A stretch of DNA of 64,000 nt from the human T2T-CHM13v2.0 reference genome, Homo sapiens: the NCBI RefSeq assembly GCF_009914755.1, contig NC_060925.1, one strand, 5' to 3'. Position numbers and translations under genes: made by a program. The number at the start of each line of letters is the position of its first letter. Position 1 is the stretch's first letter. Shown here one piece after another: positions 1-15,067 of this stretch. Under the pieces are notes generated by a model. That model was not told where the DNA came from, ran no database searches, and saw only the letters and a list, made by a program, of their open reading frames with translations.

Positions 1-403
1 CTGATCTCACAAATCAGCGGATAGGCTGACCAGTCTTTTTACTCTGTTTGTTCTCAGGCATGTGAAAGCGTTCTCTGGTCCTAAACATCCTGTTCTAGTT
101 GTGCCCCATTTGTTGAGGGGTTGAGGGTGGCATTGATGCAGTCTCCATGCTTTAACTAGGCTGCTATTACCTATTACCTGCCTGCCTCAGCTTCCAACTA
201 CCACCCAGGTTAAGAGGGCATGTCTGATGAAGAAACCACCTCCCTTAGTCAAGATGATTCAACTTCATTCTACTCTCATCCCCTTTCTCCAGGTGGAAAT
301 CTGAGGGTCTGAGGAGGAGACAGAGAGAGAAAGGGGACGCAAAAAGGCTCAATTCTCAGGCTTCTGTCCCAACAACATCAGTATTATCTTCATAAATTTA
401 AAA

Positions 404-485
404 AATATATAGCTTTATATTATATATAAAGTCATATATATAACTATATATAACTATAACTATATATATAACTATATATATATAA
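404..485. repeat. (TA)n-rich low-complexity microsatellite
   Basis: Runs of tatata interspersed with taacta units. Confidence 0.85.
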
Positions 486-1133
486 AACAATGTAGAAAGA
501 CTGGTCAACGTGAGTTTCATTATTATCCAGAAAGCCAGCAGGAGTTGGATGAGCTCATTCACAGAGACCACTGGGTTTTAGGAGCAGGGATTTTTATCCC
601 TCTGGACTGGGAGAGTTGGGAAAAATGAAAGGATCCAAGCTTTACCAAATTCAGACTCACATTTTAGTTCCCAGCCAAAGGTCATGTTGAAGCACAGTGA
701 GAAGCAGTTTCCCTGAGGAAGGGGGTTGGACTTGGAGGTTGGTTCCCCTATTTAGATTCAGACAATGGGAGGGAAGTTTATTACTTTTACAGCATGGTGA
801 CAATGCAATGCTTGGTAAAAAACAGTTCTCAGGACATTTAGAATTTGTTCTCTTTCCCTGCCATGTGCTTATGGGATGCTCCCATAAATCCCTTCTCTTA
901 TCTGGATACAGGGACCTATTGACTAGTCCTGCTAGGGATTGGGATCTGGAAAAAGCAATTTTTTTCTTTGGTTTGTGCATTTTTAAAATGCCTGTGCAAG
1001 GACTAAGAACCTGCTATTCATATTCCCAGGAAAAGATAACTGTATCAATTACTAGATACGGCACCTTGGTCATCAAGAGTGAGTCCAACGACTAGCAGGT
1101 GTCTTGGTTTGTGAGGCGCCCCCTCCAGCATTA

Positions 1134-1475
<342 letters not shown>

Positions 1476-2565
1476 CTAATGCCTCACTCCTGGGTCGATC
1501 TCACCAAATAGCAAAGGGTTTCCTGTTCACCCTTTCCATACTGGAACAAGTGAGAGGTGGAGGATGGTGAATCATTTTCCAAAGCCAGAATTGGCCCTCT
1601 TGGAATCTTTGTGCATTTCTGATGGAATGTAGGAAAATTAAGGGAAATCGGGAGGCTCCAGGGATTTAGCATGGTTTGGGCCACAGCACAAGGTCCCATA
1701 GGCTCTGAAAGACTAAGCTATAGCTCCAATACAGGCGTTATCTGACTCCAAAGTTCAGGCCTCTTCTACTTGAGATCTGAGTCCCTCACACTGGAGCATG
1801 GTCAGTTAAGGCTGCAAAAGGGAGAGAGTAATGGAGGTCAGCGTTGAATAGATACGAATATAAACTCTTGGGCACTGTTAACGCCAAACAGCCTGACATC
1901 TTACTTCAGATATAACTGTAACAGTGTCCAAAATCCAATATTAGCATTTAAAACTTGTAGCACACTTATTGTGGAGTCATTGAGTGATGCAGAAAGAAAA
2001 AAAATAAAGCCCTGAGAATTCAGCTCATTTACCCAAGTCACTGACGCATTTAAGGAACAGCTCTTATAAGTCCATTTAGGTGGTTTAGGGCTGCGGAAGA
2101 TGCCCAGAATCCCTAAATAGAAATAAGTACTGGTCATCAGAGCAGTGCGGTTAGGCCCTTTCTGGCCAGGAGGTCATCTTGGGCTCCAGAGCCACTTGTT
2201 CAGCTCTGATATCTAAACAGCCAAAGTGAATTATTCACTTAGGAGGGTGAAAAACACTCAACTCCCTGGGATTGTCAAATGGAGTTTTCCATCATAAAAT
2301 ATCTTAGTCATTTGGAATCTAACCAAAGTAAACGCCTGGTCCTGACCCATCCATACCTCTGTGCTGGATGGGAAAGGAGAGAGGGAAATCCCAAAACAAA
2401 TGGAAAAGCCACTTTGCCAGCCACAGAGCATGCATGGCCCTCCCTGGGCAGGTCTACTCCAGGTGAGACACGGTTTGAGCCAGGCTACAGGTGAGGAGCG
2501 GGTCACGGGAGGGCTCTAAATGGCATCTCTGTTTGATTCCAGGCCTGAGTGGGGCTGCGGCTTAC

Positions 2566-2731
2566 ATAACAGTTTGGCAGGGAGATGCAGCCAGGCGGAA
2601 GCACGCGGGTTTCCAGCAGCGTATAATCATCTTTGATTTCTCTGTTTGCTCAGCAGCTTTCATGTGGTGGGGGAGGCAGTAGTGCAGGAGGAGGGGCAGA
2701 ATTCCGATACACTGCGGCCTTCTGTTTTCTT
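2566..2731 (-). other. Candidate 166-bp exon of an unidentified, probably non-coding minus-strand transcript
   Basis: Minus strand reads tgtttgttttgcag|AAGAAAACAG...GTTAT|gtaagc; unique, relatively CpG-retaining sequence. Splice signals only. Confidence 0.3.
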
Positions 2732-3779
2732 CTGCAAAACAAACAGCCCCAAACAGATCCCCATGGCCAGGGAATTAGCCACTGCCACAGAAGTCCCGTG
2801 GCAGTCTAGGGGAGGAGCTGCCCTGGAGCCTGGGTCAGGCCTAAGAAGGTCAGAGATTGACTTAAAGTTACGGTCTCGCTAGGTGCACAGGAGCCCAAAG
2901 GGCTACCGAGGAGCAGGGGTCTTGGATGCTGGCAGCACCTAACATGGTTTACCCTCTTGGCACTGAGGGCTGTGGTGTCCCCTTCTGATTACAGAGGTTA
3001 CTGAATCCCATACTACGTCCATCCAGAAAGGCAGCTTGTCAGGTCTCTTTCCTACTAATCACTGCCTCCATACCAGGCTAATTCTGCTGGAATCCTGAGC
3101 ATCTGGGAGCAACCAATTTAGAAAATAACATTTCCTTTGACTAAAATACAAATTTCTAGCTCCTTTTGATCCTAATCGGTTTGGAATTGAGTAGCAGCTG
3201 TTCCCCTTTAGAATGGGCTCATACTCACCACTTGCTGCGGTCTGCACTATTCCCTATTGTCTTACACCAGGAGATCTTTTCATTTAGTTACCCTGCTTGC
3301 CTGGCCCTTGCAGACATTTGTAAGATGAATTCCCTGCCCTATCCTAAGTATAATGATTTGATAGAATATAATTTGCTTACCTCTCTGATTCTCCCACTAG
3401 ACTGTAAACTCTTTTGACAGAAGCACAAATTGGTCATTCATTTATTCATTCAACAATTATCTACGGCATGCCCACTTTGGACAGAGTGCTAAGTGCTAGT
3501 CATTGTGTTAGGAATATAGAATTTATCATGGGGGCCTTTAGTGCCTGGCACTTAGCACATGCCGTATACATGTGATTAGATTAAATGAATACATAAATAA
3601 TTCTTCCAGCATGCAAACTGTTGATCTTGGCAGTGAGGTTCTGTTACCAATGTGTCCACCCTCTCAACCTTATGAATAGGTTTATTGACAGGATACATCT
3701 TGTTTTGCAAGTGATTTGCATGAACTTGTATAATGTTGTGCTCAGATATTTCCTTACATTCAGATATTTTCTAACCCCC

Positions 3780-4220
3780 AGCTTGCATCTCTGGCCTCAT
3801 GTTTTGCTACTCCCTGCCCTATCAGCCATGAGGAACTGCTTGTATGACCTCCCTGAACTCACTCTGCTCCTGGGGCCTCCACGCCCTTGCTCACCCTCTC
3901 CCCTTAGTCTGGAAAGCCTTCATTTTGTCCTTTGCCTCATTACCACCCCTTCCCTGGCCAGCTCCCAGCCACCTCATAACCCTCACTCAGACATCTTCTT
4001 CCCAGGAGCCTCCTCTGATTCCTCCAGGCTGAGTTAGGAGCTTCTACTCTTTGCTCTCATTTGCGGTGTGGCTCTTTTACAAGTCTGTCTCCACCACCAT
4101 GCTGCAAGCCCTGGAGGCAGGAACTGGACATTTTTTGTTATCTCTGTGTTTTCAAGGCCAATCATAGAATAGGAACTTTGTATATAGAAAGAACAATTCA
4201 GTCATGCTTGTGAATGAAAC
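3780..4220 (+). mobile_element. L2 LINE 3' fragment
   Basis: L2-like motifs cttcccaggagcctcctctgatt, tgcaagccctggaggcagga and terminal ttgtgaatgaa. Confidence 0.6.
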
Positions 4221-4734
4221 CCTAGCCAGGCCTGCACCTGTTTTAGCACATCAGTGCACACACACCCTCAATTTTGACACTCCCCTGCAGAGTCCAGATA
4301 ACCAACCAAGGATCCAAATGGATTCTTGTTTTGGACAGAGTCTAGCTCTCTGTTGACATATCATGTTCTTTCCTCTATTATAGTAACTACCCATGCTCTG
4401 TGTGTTTTCTCAAGTTTTCTGTGTTTGAATACATGAAATTCTTTTGCTCTTTGTATGAAAACAATGCCATCTGTTCACTAGATAGAAATTCTGGAAAGCT
4501 TCAGAAAAGCAACCAGGTTTTACTGCAGAACAGTCTAAGATATACCTCAGTGGGATTCTGGGTGGGAGGCAGATAAGATTAGGACAAGAACAACTTGGAG
4601 TTCTTAGTTTTGTGTGGTTCCCTGCCCCCCTTTTTTTGATTTTAGATTTTAGAACTTTTCTCTCAAATTCATTTCAATGAGATTCATGCTCCAGTGAAAA
4701 CTAACATTCTTCTTACATTCCAGCCTAGCAGCCT

Positions 4735-4890
4735 CAGGGGTGATGATAGTCTTCAGGAACTTTCTGGGATAATGGAAGTGTTCCATATACAAGGGCACTA
4801 ATAACATAGGGGTGTACATTTGTTTAACATTTTTTGAATAGTATATTTATGATCAGTGAATTTCACTGGAAGGAAAGTTTAACACAATTT
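4735..4890 (+). mobile_element. Old L1 (L1MC/MD/ME-type) 3' UTR fragment
   Basis: ggaactttctgggataatggaagtgttcc...ggtgtacatttgt resembles the 3' UTR of old L1M families. Confidence 0.55.
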
Positions 4891-5425
4891 TAAAAATTTT
4901 ATTGAGTACCTACTATGGCCCTGGAACTCATTTGGGTACTGTTTTGGTACTCAAAAAAAGGCCATTAATGAAAAACTCACAGCTAACATTACAATCAATG
5001 GGAAAAACTGAAAGCTTTTTTTTTTTAAGTTCCAGTGCAAGACAAGGCTGCCCACTCTAGTCATTTCTATTCAACATAATATTGGAAGTACTCAACCAAG
5101 CAATTGGGCAAGGAAAAGAAATAAAAGGCACACAAATCAGAAAGAAAGAAGTAATACATGCAGAATACATGACCCTGTATGTAGAAAATCCCAAAAACTC
5201 CAGAAAAAACTCTTAGAACTAATAAATGAATAAGTAACTTTGCAGAATACAAAATTAACATATAAAAATCTGTTTAATTTCTGTACACAAATAATGACCT
5301 CTTCAAAAGAGAAATTAAGAAAACAATCCTATCATTTAAAAAAAGTGAAGTATTTAGGAATAAATTTAATCAAGGAGGTGAAAGACCTATCCAAAGAAAA
5401 CTGTAAAACATTAATGAAAGAAATT

Positions 5426-5756
5426 GGCTGGGCACAGTGGCTCATGTCTGTAACCCCAGCACTTTGGGATGCCAAAGTGGGTGGACAACTTGGGATCAGG
5501 AGTTTGAGACCAGCCTGGCCAACATGGTAAAACCCCATCTCTACAAAAAATACAACAATTAGCCAGTGTGGAGGCACATGCCTGTAGTCCCAGCTATTCA
5601 GGAAGCTGAGACATGAGAATCGCTTGAACCCAGGAGGCGCAGGTTGCAGTGAGCCAAGATTGTGCCACTGCACTTCAGCTGGGTGACAGAGTGAGACTCT
5701 GTCTATGGAAAGAGAGAAAGAAAAGAAAGAAAGAAAAGAAAAAAGAAAGAAAGAAG
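5426..5756 (+). mobile_element. Alu SINE inserted in L1, GAAA-rich tail
   Basis: ggctgggcacagtggctcatg...gagtgagactctgtct followed by an (AAAG)n tail. Confidence 0.95.
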
Positions 5757-5774
5757 GAAGACACAAATAAATGA

Positions 5775-6278
<504 letters not shown>

Positions 6279-8235
6279 TAGTTGGGGCACCACACTACTT
6301 CACTTAAAATTATATTATACAGTTACAGTAATTTTAAAAAGTACTGGTATAAAAACAGGCACATAGACCAATGGAACAGAATAGCGAGCCCAGCAATAAA
6401 CACAAGCATATATGGTTAACTAACTTTTGACATGGCCTCCAAGAGAATACAGTGAGGAAAGAATATTTCATGTGAAAATAAAGGGGCTGGAAAAACTAAA
6501 TTTCCACATGCAGAGGAATCCAATTGGAATTTGTCTCACACATACACAAAAATAAACTCAAATTGGATAAAAGGCCCAGATGTAAGACCTGAAACCAAAA
6601 TCTCCTAGAAGAAAACATAGGGAAAAAGCTCCTTGACATTCACTTTGGCAAGGATTTTTTAGATATCACACCAAAAACTCAGGCTATAAAAGCGAAAATA
6701 AATAGGACTGCATCAAACTAAAAAGCTTTGGCAAAGCAAAGAAAATAATCAACAAGATGAAAAGTCAGCCTATAGATTGGGAGAAAATATTTGCAAACCA
6801 TATATCTGATATGGAGTTAATATACAAAAATATAAAGAACTTGTACAACTCAGTATCAGAAAAATAAATAACTTGATCAAAAAATAGACCTGAATATACT
6901 TTTCTCCAAAAAAGACATAAAGATGACTACAGGTATATGAAAAGATGTTCAACATCACTAATCATTAGGGAAGTACAAATCAAAACCACAATGAGGTATC
7001 ACCTCACAACTGTTAGAATAGCTATTATCAAAAAGACAAGAGATAACAAGTGTTTGTGAGGGTGGGGAGAAAAGGTAACTTTATTACACTGTTGGGGAGA
7101 GTGTAGATTCATGTAGCCACTGTGGAAAACAGTATGGAGGTTCTGAAAGAAATTAAAAATAGAACTACCAGATGAGCCAGCAATCCCTTTTCTTGGTATA
7201 TACCTGAAAGAGATGAAAATATATCCACCCCCATACTCATTGCAGCATTATTCGCAATGCCAAGATAATCAAAGTGTCTGTTGACAGACGAATGGCTAAA
7301 GAAACTGTAGTACATATACACAATGGAATACTATTCAGCCTAAAAAAGAATGAGATCCTGCCATTTGTAAAAACATGGATGAACCTGGAGGGCATTATGC
7401 TAAGTGAAATAACTAAAAACAGAAAGAGAAATACTGTATGATCTCACTTACATATGAAATATTTTTTTAAGTTGAATATACGGAGGTAGAGAATAAAAAA
7501 GTAATTACAAGAGCAGGGGCTGGGGAGGAAGGAAATAGGGAGATATAGGTCAAAATATAAAAAGCAGCAGATATGTAGAATGAACAAGTATAGAGATCTA
7601 ATGTACAGCATGAAGACTACAGCTAATAGTATTGTATTATATTGGGGATTTTTGCTAAAAGAGATTTTAGTTGCTCTTGCCTCACACACACACAAAAATG
7701 AGTAATGATGTGAGATGATGGATATGTTAATTTGCTTGACTACAGTAACCATTTCACTATGTACATCAAAATGTCATCTTGCACACCTTAAATATATACA
7801 ATAAAATTTAAATAAATTGCAAAAAAAATAGTAAGAATCATTTCTTGAATACCTACTATGTCCCTGGCACTCATCTGGGTAGTGTTCTGGTAGCATTCTA
7901 GGTGTATCTAGGGGATAGATTAGAGAAAAAGCAGATGAAAATTCCTACCCTGGTGGAGCTTATATCTTTGAATGTCAATTTCACACATTCAGTACAAAAG
8001 GGCATGCTGATATTTATCCTCATTGAAGCTGTTGACCTCCTTCAAGGGCTTGTCAATACCAGGACTGCTCAAAATGATTAACCAGATGATTTGGACTGCA
8101 CTGGAATTTGATTAGTGGTAATTTGAAACATCCAATAATATTTGCCTTGCCTAGTGATAAGCAGATACTTGGCAAAGAGGATGGAGTACAAGCCTTGCTT
8201 TATCTCAGAACACAGACATCAGGGACTGTAGGAAA

Positions 8236-8378
8236 GAATGCTCTAGAAGGAGGTCCCCTCCCTGGGGCAGGCCCTGTGTTGGAATGGAATGCAGATTTCA
8301 GGTCGGAGAAGGCAAGTGGAGAAGGCCACTGTCCAGGTCTGTAGGTGGGACAGACACAGAGGGCTGGCTGTTTCCCTT
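8236..8378 (+). repeat. Copy A of a ~140-bp non-TE local direct repeat (partner 9499-9643)
   Basis: First 34 bp (gaatgctctagaaggaggtcccctccctggggca) identical to 9499-9532; about 80-85% thereafter. Confidence 0.9.
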
Positions 8379-9498
8379 GATGGTTCTCACCAGTAGCCAA
8401 AATCAGGGATCTAAAACAGAGTCTTTTAACAGGGCTGCTTTATGGAAGAGAGGGGCTAGAGTCGAAAACCAAAACTGCTCCAAAGTAGTCCAAAGAAGCT
8501 AATATGGAAACAGCCATTTTTCATAGACTTATTCATTTAGATTAGGATGATATGAATTGAAGAATCTTTTTTTTTGATATTGGTCAGAGACTTAGTGTAA
8601 GAAAATTGGGAATATTAAAAAGAAACAACATTGTGACTGGTCTATGATTTATATTACTAATAGTAAACTGCCATTGCTGAACATGCTTAGAAAACATTTT
8701 AAAGAAGCTCTGTAGAACTTAGGCTACAAGACTACAACCTGTATCACTTAAGGAAGTTATTATGCTCATAACATTGCCAACTGATGGAATGTGCCTCTGC
8801 TGACTTGTACGCAGGCCAGCCCACACCACAGACTGCAGTCAAGTCTTCTCTGCATGTCTTCATCAGCCCCCCACCCTCTGTTTATTAAGGCCACAGTGGA
8901 GCCAGCCTGGAGGAACAGGGCTAGGAAGGAGGGCGTGGATCCAGGAACCCAGTACAAATCACATGCAATTCCTCACTGTCTCTAATTTTTATTCTCCAGT
9001 GAAGATCAATGTAGGAGAGAAAGATAAATGCAAGGAGGGCACCTTGGGGAGTTAAGGGAAAGTAATGGTGCTGACTGCACGCTCTGGGAGTTGTTGTCTT
9101 CTCATATCTGTGCTAGCAGGGCAATTTTCTTCTTGCAACACCACATTCCCCTCTACCTTAACAGTGGATACCTGAACAGTTTATTTTGCCATTTAAAAAG
9201 ATGCAGAATACTCCTCTCAATCCTTCAATCATACAGATTACAGGAAAAAAAAAAGAGATTAATACAAGTAGAAATGAGCCTCGGTTTTGCCTCTGGTGTG
9301 TCACTGTAGAGGAATCACCTCTTTTTCTAAGCCCCTCTATTCCCTAGGCAGCACCCTAGGCTGTTGAGGCTACACGCCAGCTGGTGCAGCTCCACGGTAC
9401 CATTCCTATTTGACAGATCTAAGAGGATCCCAGGTATGTAATAAATGGTCATGAGAGGTTCTGCTGACTGTGGACACCAACATACTTGCAGCTTCATT

Positions 9499-9643
9499 GA
9501 ATGCTCTAGAAGGAGGTCCCCTCCCTGGGGCAAGCCCTGTCCTGGTAATGGAATTCAGACTGCAGGTCGGAGGAGGCAAGTGGAAAAGGCTGCTGTCCAG
9601 GCCTGCGGGTAAAACAGAGAAATGGCTGGCTGCATCTTCCCTT
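9499..9643 (+). repeat. Copy B of the ~140-bp local direct repeat
   Basis: Aligns to 8236-8378; the ORF track shows NALEGGPLPGA in both copies. Confidence 0.9.
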
Positions 9644-9664
9644 TCTCTATTTTCTTTCCTCCAG

Positions 9665-9804
9665 TGTATACAAAGTGCTGATGTAAAATTTTCTGATCTC
9701 CATCAGCAATCATCTTCAAATAGCAAAGTGGAGAAGGCAGCAAGAAGGGCAATAAACCCAGGGAAAGAAAAGAAAGAAGTCAGCAGCCATGGAGGGAGGC
9801 TCAA
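9665..9804 (+). other. Candidate 140-bp exon (plus strand)
   Basis: About 28-nt polypyrimidine tract plus ccag acceptor at 9635-9664, and CAA|gtgagt donor at 9805. Splice signals only. Confidence 0.3.
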
Positions 9805-12641
9805 GTGAGTGGCAGGGGTGATGAGAAACCTGGCCTCCAGGTAGAGAGCACAATGTGAAACTGTGCAGGGGAAGTCAGTTTTCTAAACTGAAGGACACAG
9901 CATATCTGTTTTGATGATGTTAGTATTAGCCTATCCCTGGAGATGAGAGTCTCAGCTTAGGCCTCTTACAGAAAGCCTGGTAACTGGTGGTTCTTTGGGA
10001 ATCCCAGATGTCATGAAAGCTGTCTTCAAACTGAGAGTTAATCGTAGTCTCAAATTTGATGTCCCTTCCCAATCCTCACCATGTGGGTTAGCTTGAGATC
10101 TTTTCAGAACATAAATTCTTGCAAAAAAAAGTACTGGAGTTGGTCAGAAGTCCTGGGTTCAAGTCTTAACTCTTAACCATGTACAAATCATTTATATGCC
10201 AATTCAGTTTTCTCATTTGTGAGATGGGAAGGTTAACACCACCCTGCCTGCCTCCCTGGGTGGCTATGGGCTGAGGCTCCAGTGAATGAAGGTGAAGCTT
10301 GTGCCAGTGGAACCAGGGTTGGCATTTTTCTGTGCGTCATCTGTAATGCTCTGCTCAGGGCAGGTGTCCTCACAGGTTAAGTAACAAGCGGAATGATGCA
10401 ACAAAGGCAGTACTACTCTCTCTACGTCTGTCACTAAGAGGCTAGGTTGCAAAACATGGATCTCGTTTCAATATCTGTTTCTTTAGGCTTCAAGAAACAA
10501 GATCTAAAGCTTCCTTTCCTAGTATTATCCCAGGCACCTCCCGGGCCTGAGCTCACCCTACCTGCACGCACAGCCCTTCGGAAGAATCTTGGAGAGCCAC
10601 TGCCAAAGTCATTACTGCTATCCTCATTCTGCCCCGTATCGTGAATATAGCAATCAAAGGGGCACCTCATGCATGATCGGGAATTTTCCCTGCATCCAAC
10701 TCTTAGGAGTACGTGCACCAGAAAGTGGGCTGACCAAGGTCGAGTGCTTATTAGTTTAATAATTGGAACACCCGTGGTACTTCCTGCCAAGTGTTCAAAG
10801 ACATGACAATAAAGTTTTTCCATTTGGCACTGGTGGCTTGGGGGTGAACCTTGCTGGTGCACACAGGGCTGGAGTTGAGGAGCTGGAGGTCACCCTGACC
10901 CCTGCTCCTGGAGCCATCACCTCCTTGTCCATGATCATCAGACTTGCATTTCCATGTGAATGAGCCAAGGGAAGAAGTGTTTCTGAGTTTTATGGGCCTT
11001 TTATTCTCTTGTTTTCTTTAAAAATTGGACCAGGAACTCCAGCCCTTTCAGCTTTCTTCCTCTCCCTGGAGTCCCACTGGTGCACATTACTGCTAATGGG
11101 GCTTTGCGCCTGCCAACCCAAAAGGAAGAACAGGTCCGCGGTGCATCTGTGGCCTAATGAGGAGCCTTGAATGGAAATGAGAGTCAAACATGCATTGAAA
11201 ATATTCAGTTCTCAGTTGGTCATCCCTCCCCCGCCCCTCGCCATCTCAAGGTCCCCGAGCCCTGTGCCAGCAGAAGGTGACCTGCCAAACTGATATCCCG
11301 TGAAGCTTGGGGAAGGGCACTCAAACGGGACCCAGAAGCACACCCTGAACTTGTTTTTTCTGTGCTTAGCACTGCCAAGGCAGGGGCTGAAGCAAAGAGG
11401 CAAGCGGGAACAGGAGCAGGGTTTGCCTACTGAGCAGAAAGGAAAATCAGGGGAATAGGGAGCTGGGAGTCAGATGCCAGGTGGCAGCCTGAAAACCCAT
11501 TGTTAGGAAGTTCACTCTGAGCGGCGAGTAGGAACTTTTATCTTGGCAACTTTAATGGAGAAAGAACAGGGAGGCAGGTAGCAGGAAAAACATGGGCCCC
11601 TAAGTCAGGAGACGCAGTCCCAGGCCTGGCCCTGGGACACATAAGCTGCAGCAAAACTATGACAATTTGGATAACTTGTTTTTTTTGTTGTTGTTGTTTT
11701 TTTTTTGAGCCTTGGCTCCCTACTGTGTAAAATAGGAGTGGTAAGCCATGCTTTACCTGCTCCCCAAGCACATTGTGAGGACTTCCTGAGACACTGTCTG
11801 TGGAAGGGCTTTTCTGGAGGTGGTGAGGCTGGCTAAGCAGTCAGCAAATGGGCAAGGTGGGCATGAGAGTGGGGGACCCCCAAACCTGCAAGTGTTCAGC
11901 TAATAAAACTCAGCACTCCATATTACAAGGCAGTTGTTCAAATCAAAGTGAATGGAGTAGCTCCAAAGTAGCCAAGTGATGTCAATGCCATTAAACAGCA
12001 TGCTAACGAGGGTGCATCATCAGCATGATGGCCAGCAAAGGTTGGAGCATGGCAGTGCTCACCCAGAACAACCCAGGGCAAGTGGAGATAAGATAGTCTG
12101 GGTGGAGATGGGCCATCATGGCTTGATTCCCTTTGGATCACACAACTAGCTTACGACTTCAGTTTCAGGCTCACCAGAACCTCTTCTGACCATGTACTGA
12201 CTTGCCAGGAGAGTCCATACCAGGGACAAATGTGTAGCTCAGGGGACTTTACAGTTTTCTGCAAGGCTGGTAAATATTTTACTGTAATGCTTTATATATC
12301 AGTCTCCGATGACTTGACTCATATAACTTATTTCCCTTTATGTCCAATTTGGGGCACTGACATTATTGAGTTTTTAGACCTGGAAGGCTGAGGGGGACTA
12401 AATCTTGATATGGTGAGAGTCCCAGGGATCTGCTAACTGTGGGACTTTTTCTGGGCTTCCAATTGACATCCCCTGGACTATACTTACTATTCCCCTCTAA
12501 ATGACAGCAGCTTTGATAGTCTATACAGCTGGTGTCTGGACCAAGGTTAGAGCTAGAGGAATAAAAAGGAGAGATTTTGAAAAGGCTTTGTCAATAACAC
12601 AGACTTGAGTGGGAATAAAGCAAAAGAAGTCAGACACCCAT

Positions 12642-12945
12642 GGCCAGGTGCAGTGGCTCATACCTGTAATCCCAGCACTTTGGGAGGCCAAGGCAGGCAG
12701 CTCACTTTGAGGTAAGGAGTTTGAGACCAGCCTGGCCAACACGGCAAATCCTGTCTCTACTAAAAATACAAAAATGAGCTGGGTGTATTGGTGCACACTT
12801 GCAATACCAGCTCCTTAGGAGGCTGAGACATGCGAATTGCTTGAACCTGGGAGGCGGAGGTTGCGGTGAGCTGAGAATGTGTCACTGCACTCCAGCCTGG
12901 GTGACAGAGCTAGACTCTGTCTCAAAAAAAAAAAAAAAATAAATA
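12642..12945 (+). mobile_element. Alu SINE (AluSx/Sz-like), first of a tandem trio
   Basis: Full dimer with poly(A). Confidence 0.95.
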
Positions 12946-13509
<564 letters not shown>

Positions 13510-14757
13510 TCAGGCTTCCATAACATCTCCAAGTTTTAGATCTCGTGAATTGGGATGTGGTATGGAGGAGAGTGTGCCTATTGACAATCACGCGAGGGGT
13601 ATAAGAAGGTTGATGAGTACCACATGCATGGTGCTTTCCCTCCCTCCTGTCTTCAAGTATTCGTCACTAATCATTATGGGCATTCTTTCCTTCTGAGAAG
13701 GACCAAAACCTTAGAATCCTTTTCAACCCAAAATATTCCAGGAACCACTCCAATAGGTCAAAGCTACTTTATGAGATGAAATCATGAGATGACCTCTTGA
13801 AGCTGATATTTATTTCTTACTTATATAAAGGAGTTACTAAATATTCATTGGTTGCTGATAACCTCAGACAAGTTCATTTAGATAATCTTTGACTACAGGA
13901 AGAAAAAAAGAGAAGTCGATCAGTTGACCTTCTCTGATATCTAATCTCCAATAACAGCCACAATAAAATACAGTCACGACAATCCCCACGTATGCCATGG
14001 GACCATATTTTCTGACTCATTAGGGGAGGAAAAGGGAAAATTTTACTTTTCGATGTAAGCAGAAGCTAGGGATAAGCTCAAAATATGTAGGAATCCTTGT
14101 CCATTTGAGACCCAGCGGTCTTCCTAAGTTTAAAACTCAGAAAGTTATCATATGCCTCTTTTGGGTAAAGATAATTCCTCCCACTATACCATCTCCATAC
14201 ACTCGTTTCTACTATCATCCGACCCATATAAACTAGACAGGAAGCTCTGAGTGTCTGCCATAGACCTCTGCAAGCAAAGAGACCCCAAGCATTTCTTTCT
14301 GCCTGAATAATTATGGTTCAGTTCATCTGTGATGAGAGATATCAGCCCTGCCACAGCTAATTACTATAGGAATTGGCCTTCAGTCAAACGCAATCAAGTA
14401 TGGATTAACTATGATGCAGAGCACTACTCAATGTGCTGTGTTGGGGAAAAACTCTATCTAGTGGTGGTCCTTCACACTGGATAGCAACAATGCAATCACA
14501 TCCTCTCTTGGGAAATGTAAAAGATACTACAGAAAAGGAGGGTCACAGGAGTCTCTGCAGTAACCTGAATCATGTCAAAGTATTTTATTGCTCCCCAGTC
14601 CAGTCTAGGCCTAATGTGCATTCCATTTTGAAAGCCTTGGACCAGAATGTGGAACACAGAATGGTTGCAAAACTGCTGAGCACTTGACCCATTCCCTTAC
14701 TTCCCTGTAAATTCCAACAATAAAGCTCCAACACTTAGCATAAGCTGGGTGTGTCTC

Positions 14758-15067
14758 TTTTTTTCTTTTCTTTCTTTTTTTTTTGGAGACAGAGTTTTGC
14801 TCTTGTTGCCCAGGCTGGAGTGCAATGGCACAATCTCGGCCAACAGCAACCTCCGCCTCCTGGGTTCAAGCGATTCTTCTGCCTCAGCTTCCCAAGTAGC
14901 TGGGATTACAAGCATATACTACCAAACCCGGCTAACTTTTTGTATTTAGTAGAGACGGGGTTTTGCCATGTTGGTCAAGCTGGTCTCAAACTCCTGACCT
15001 CAGGTGATCCACCGCCCTCAGGCTCCCAAAGTGCTGGTATTACAGGCATGAGCCACTGCCCCCGACC
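14758..15067 (-). mobile_element. Alu SINE (AluSq/Sp-like)
   Basis: gttttgctcttgttgcccagg diagnostic; TSD gtgtctcttt. Confidence 0.95.

Noticed and set aside
697-1095. 132-aa ORF
   Set aside because: Non-ATG start, no recognisable family, no supporting gene structure.
1088-1132. CTCF-like motifs (ctagcaggtgtc; reverse ctggagggggcgc)
   Set aside because: Mismatches at high-information positions; not supportable without ChIP data.
8108-9808. ORFs sharing NALEGGPLPGA
   Set aside because: A 1-bp indel between the copies shifts the frame right after the shared motif, so there is no sign of coding constraint.
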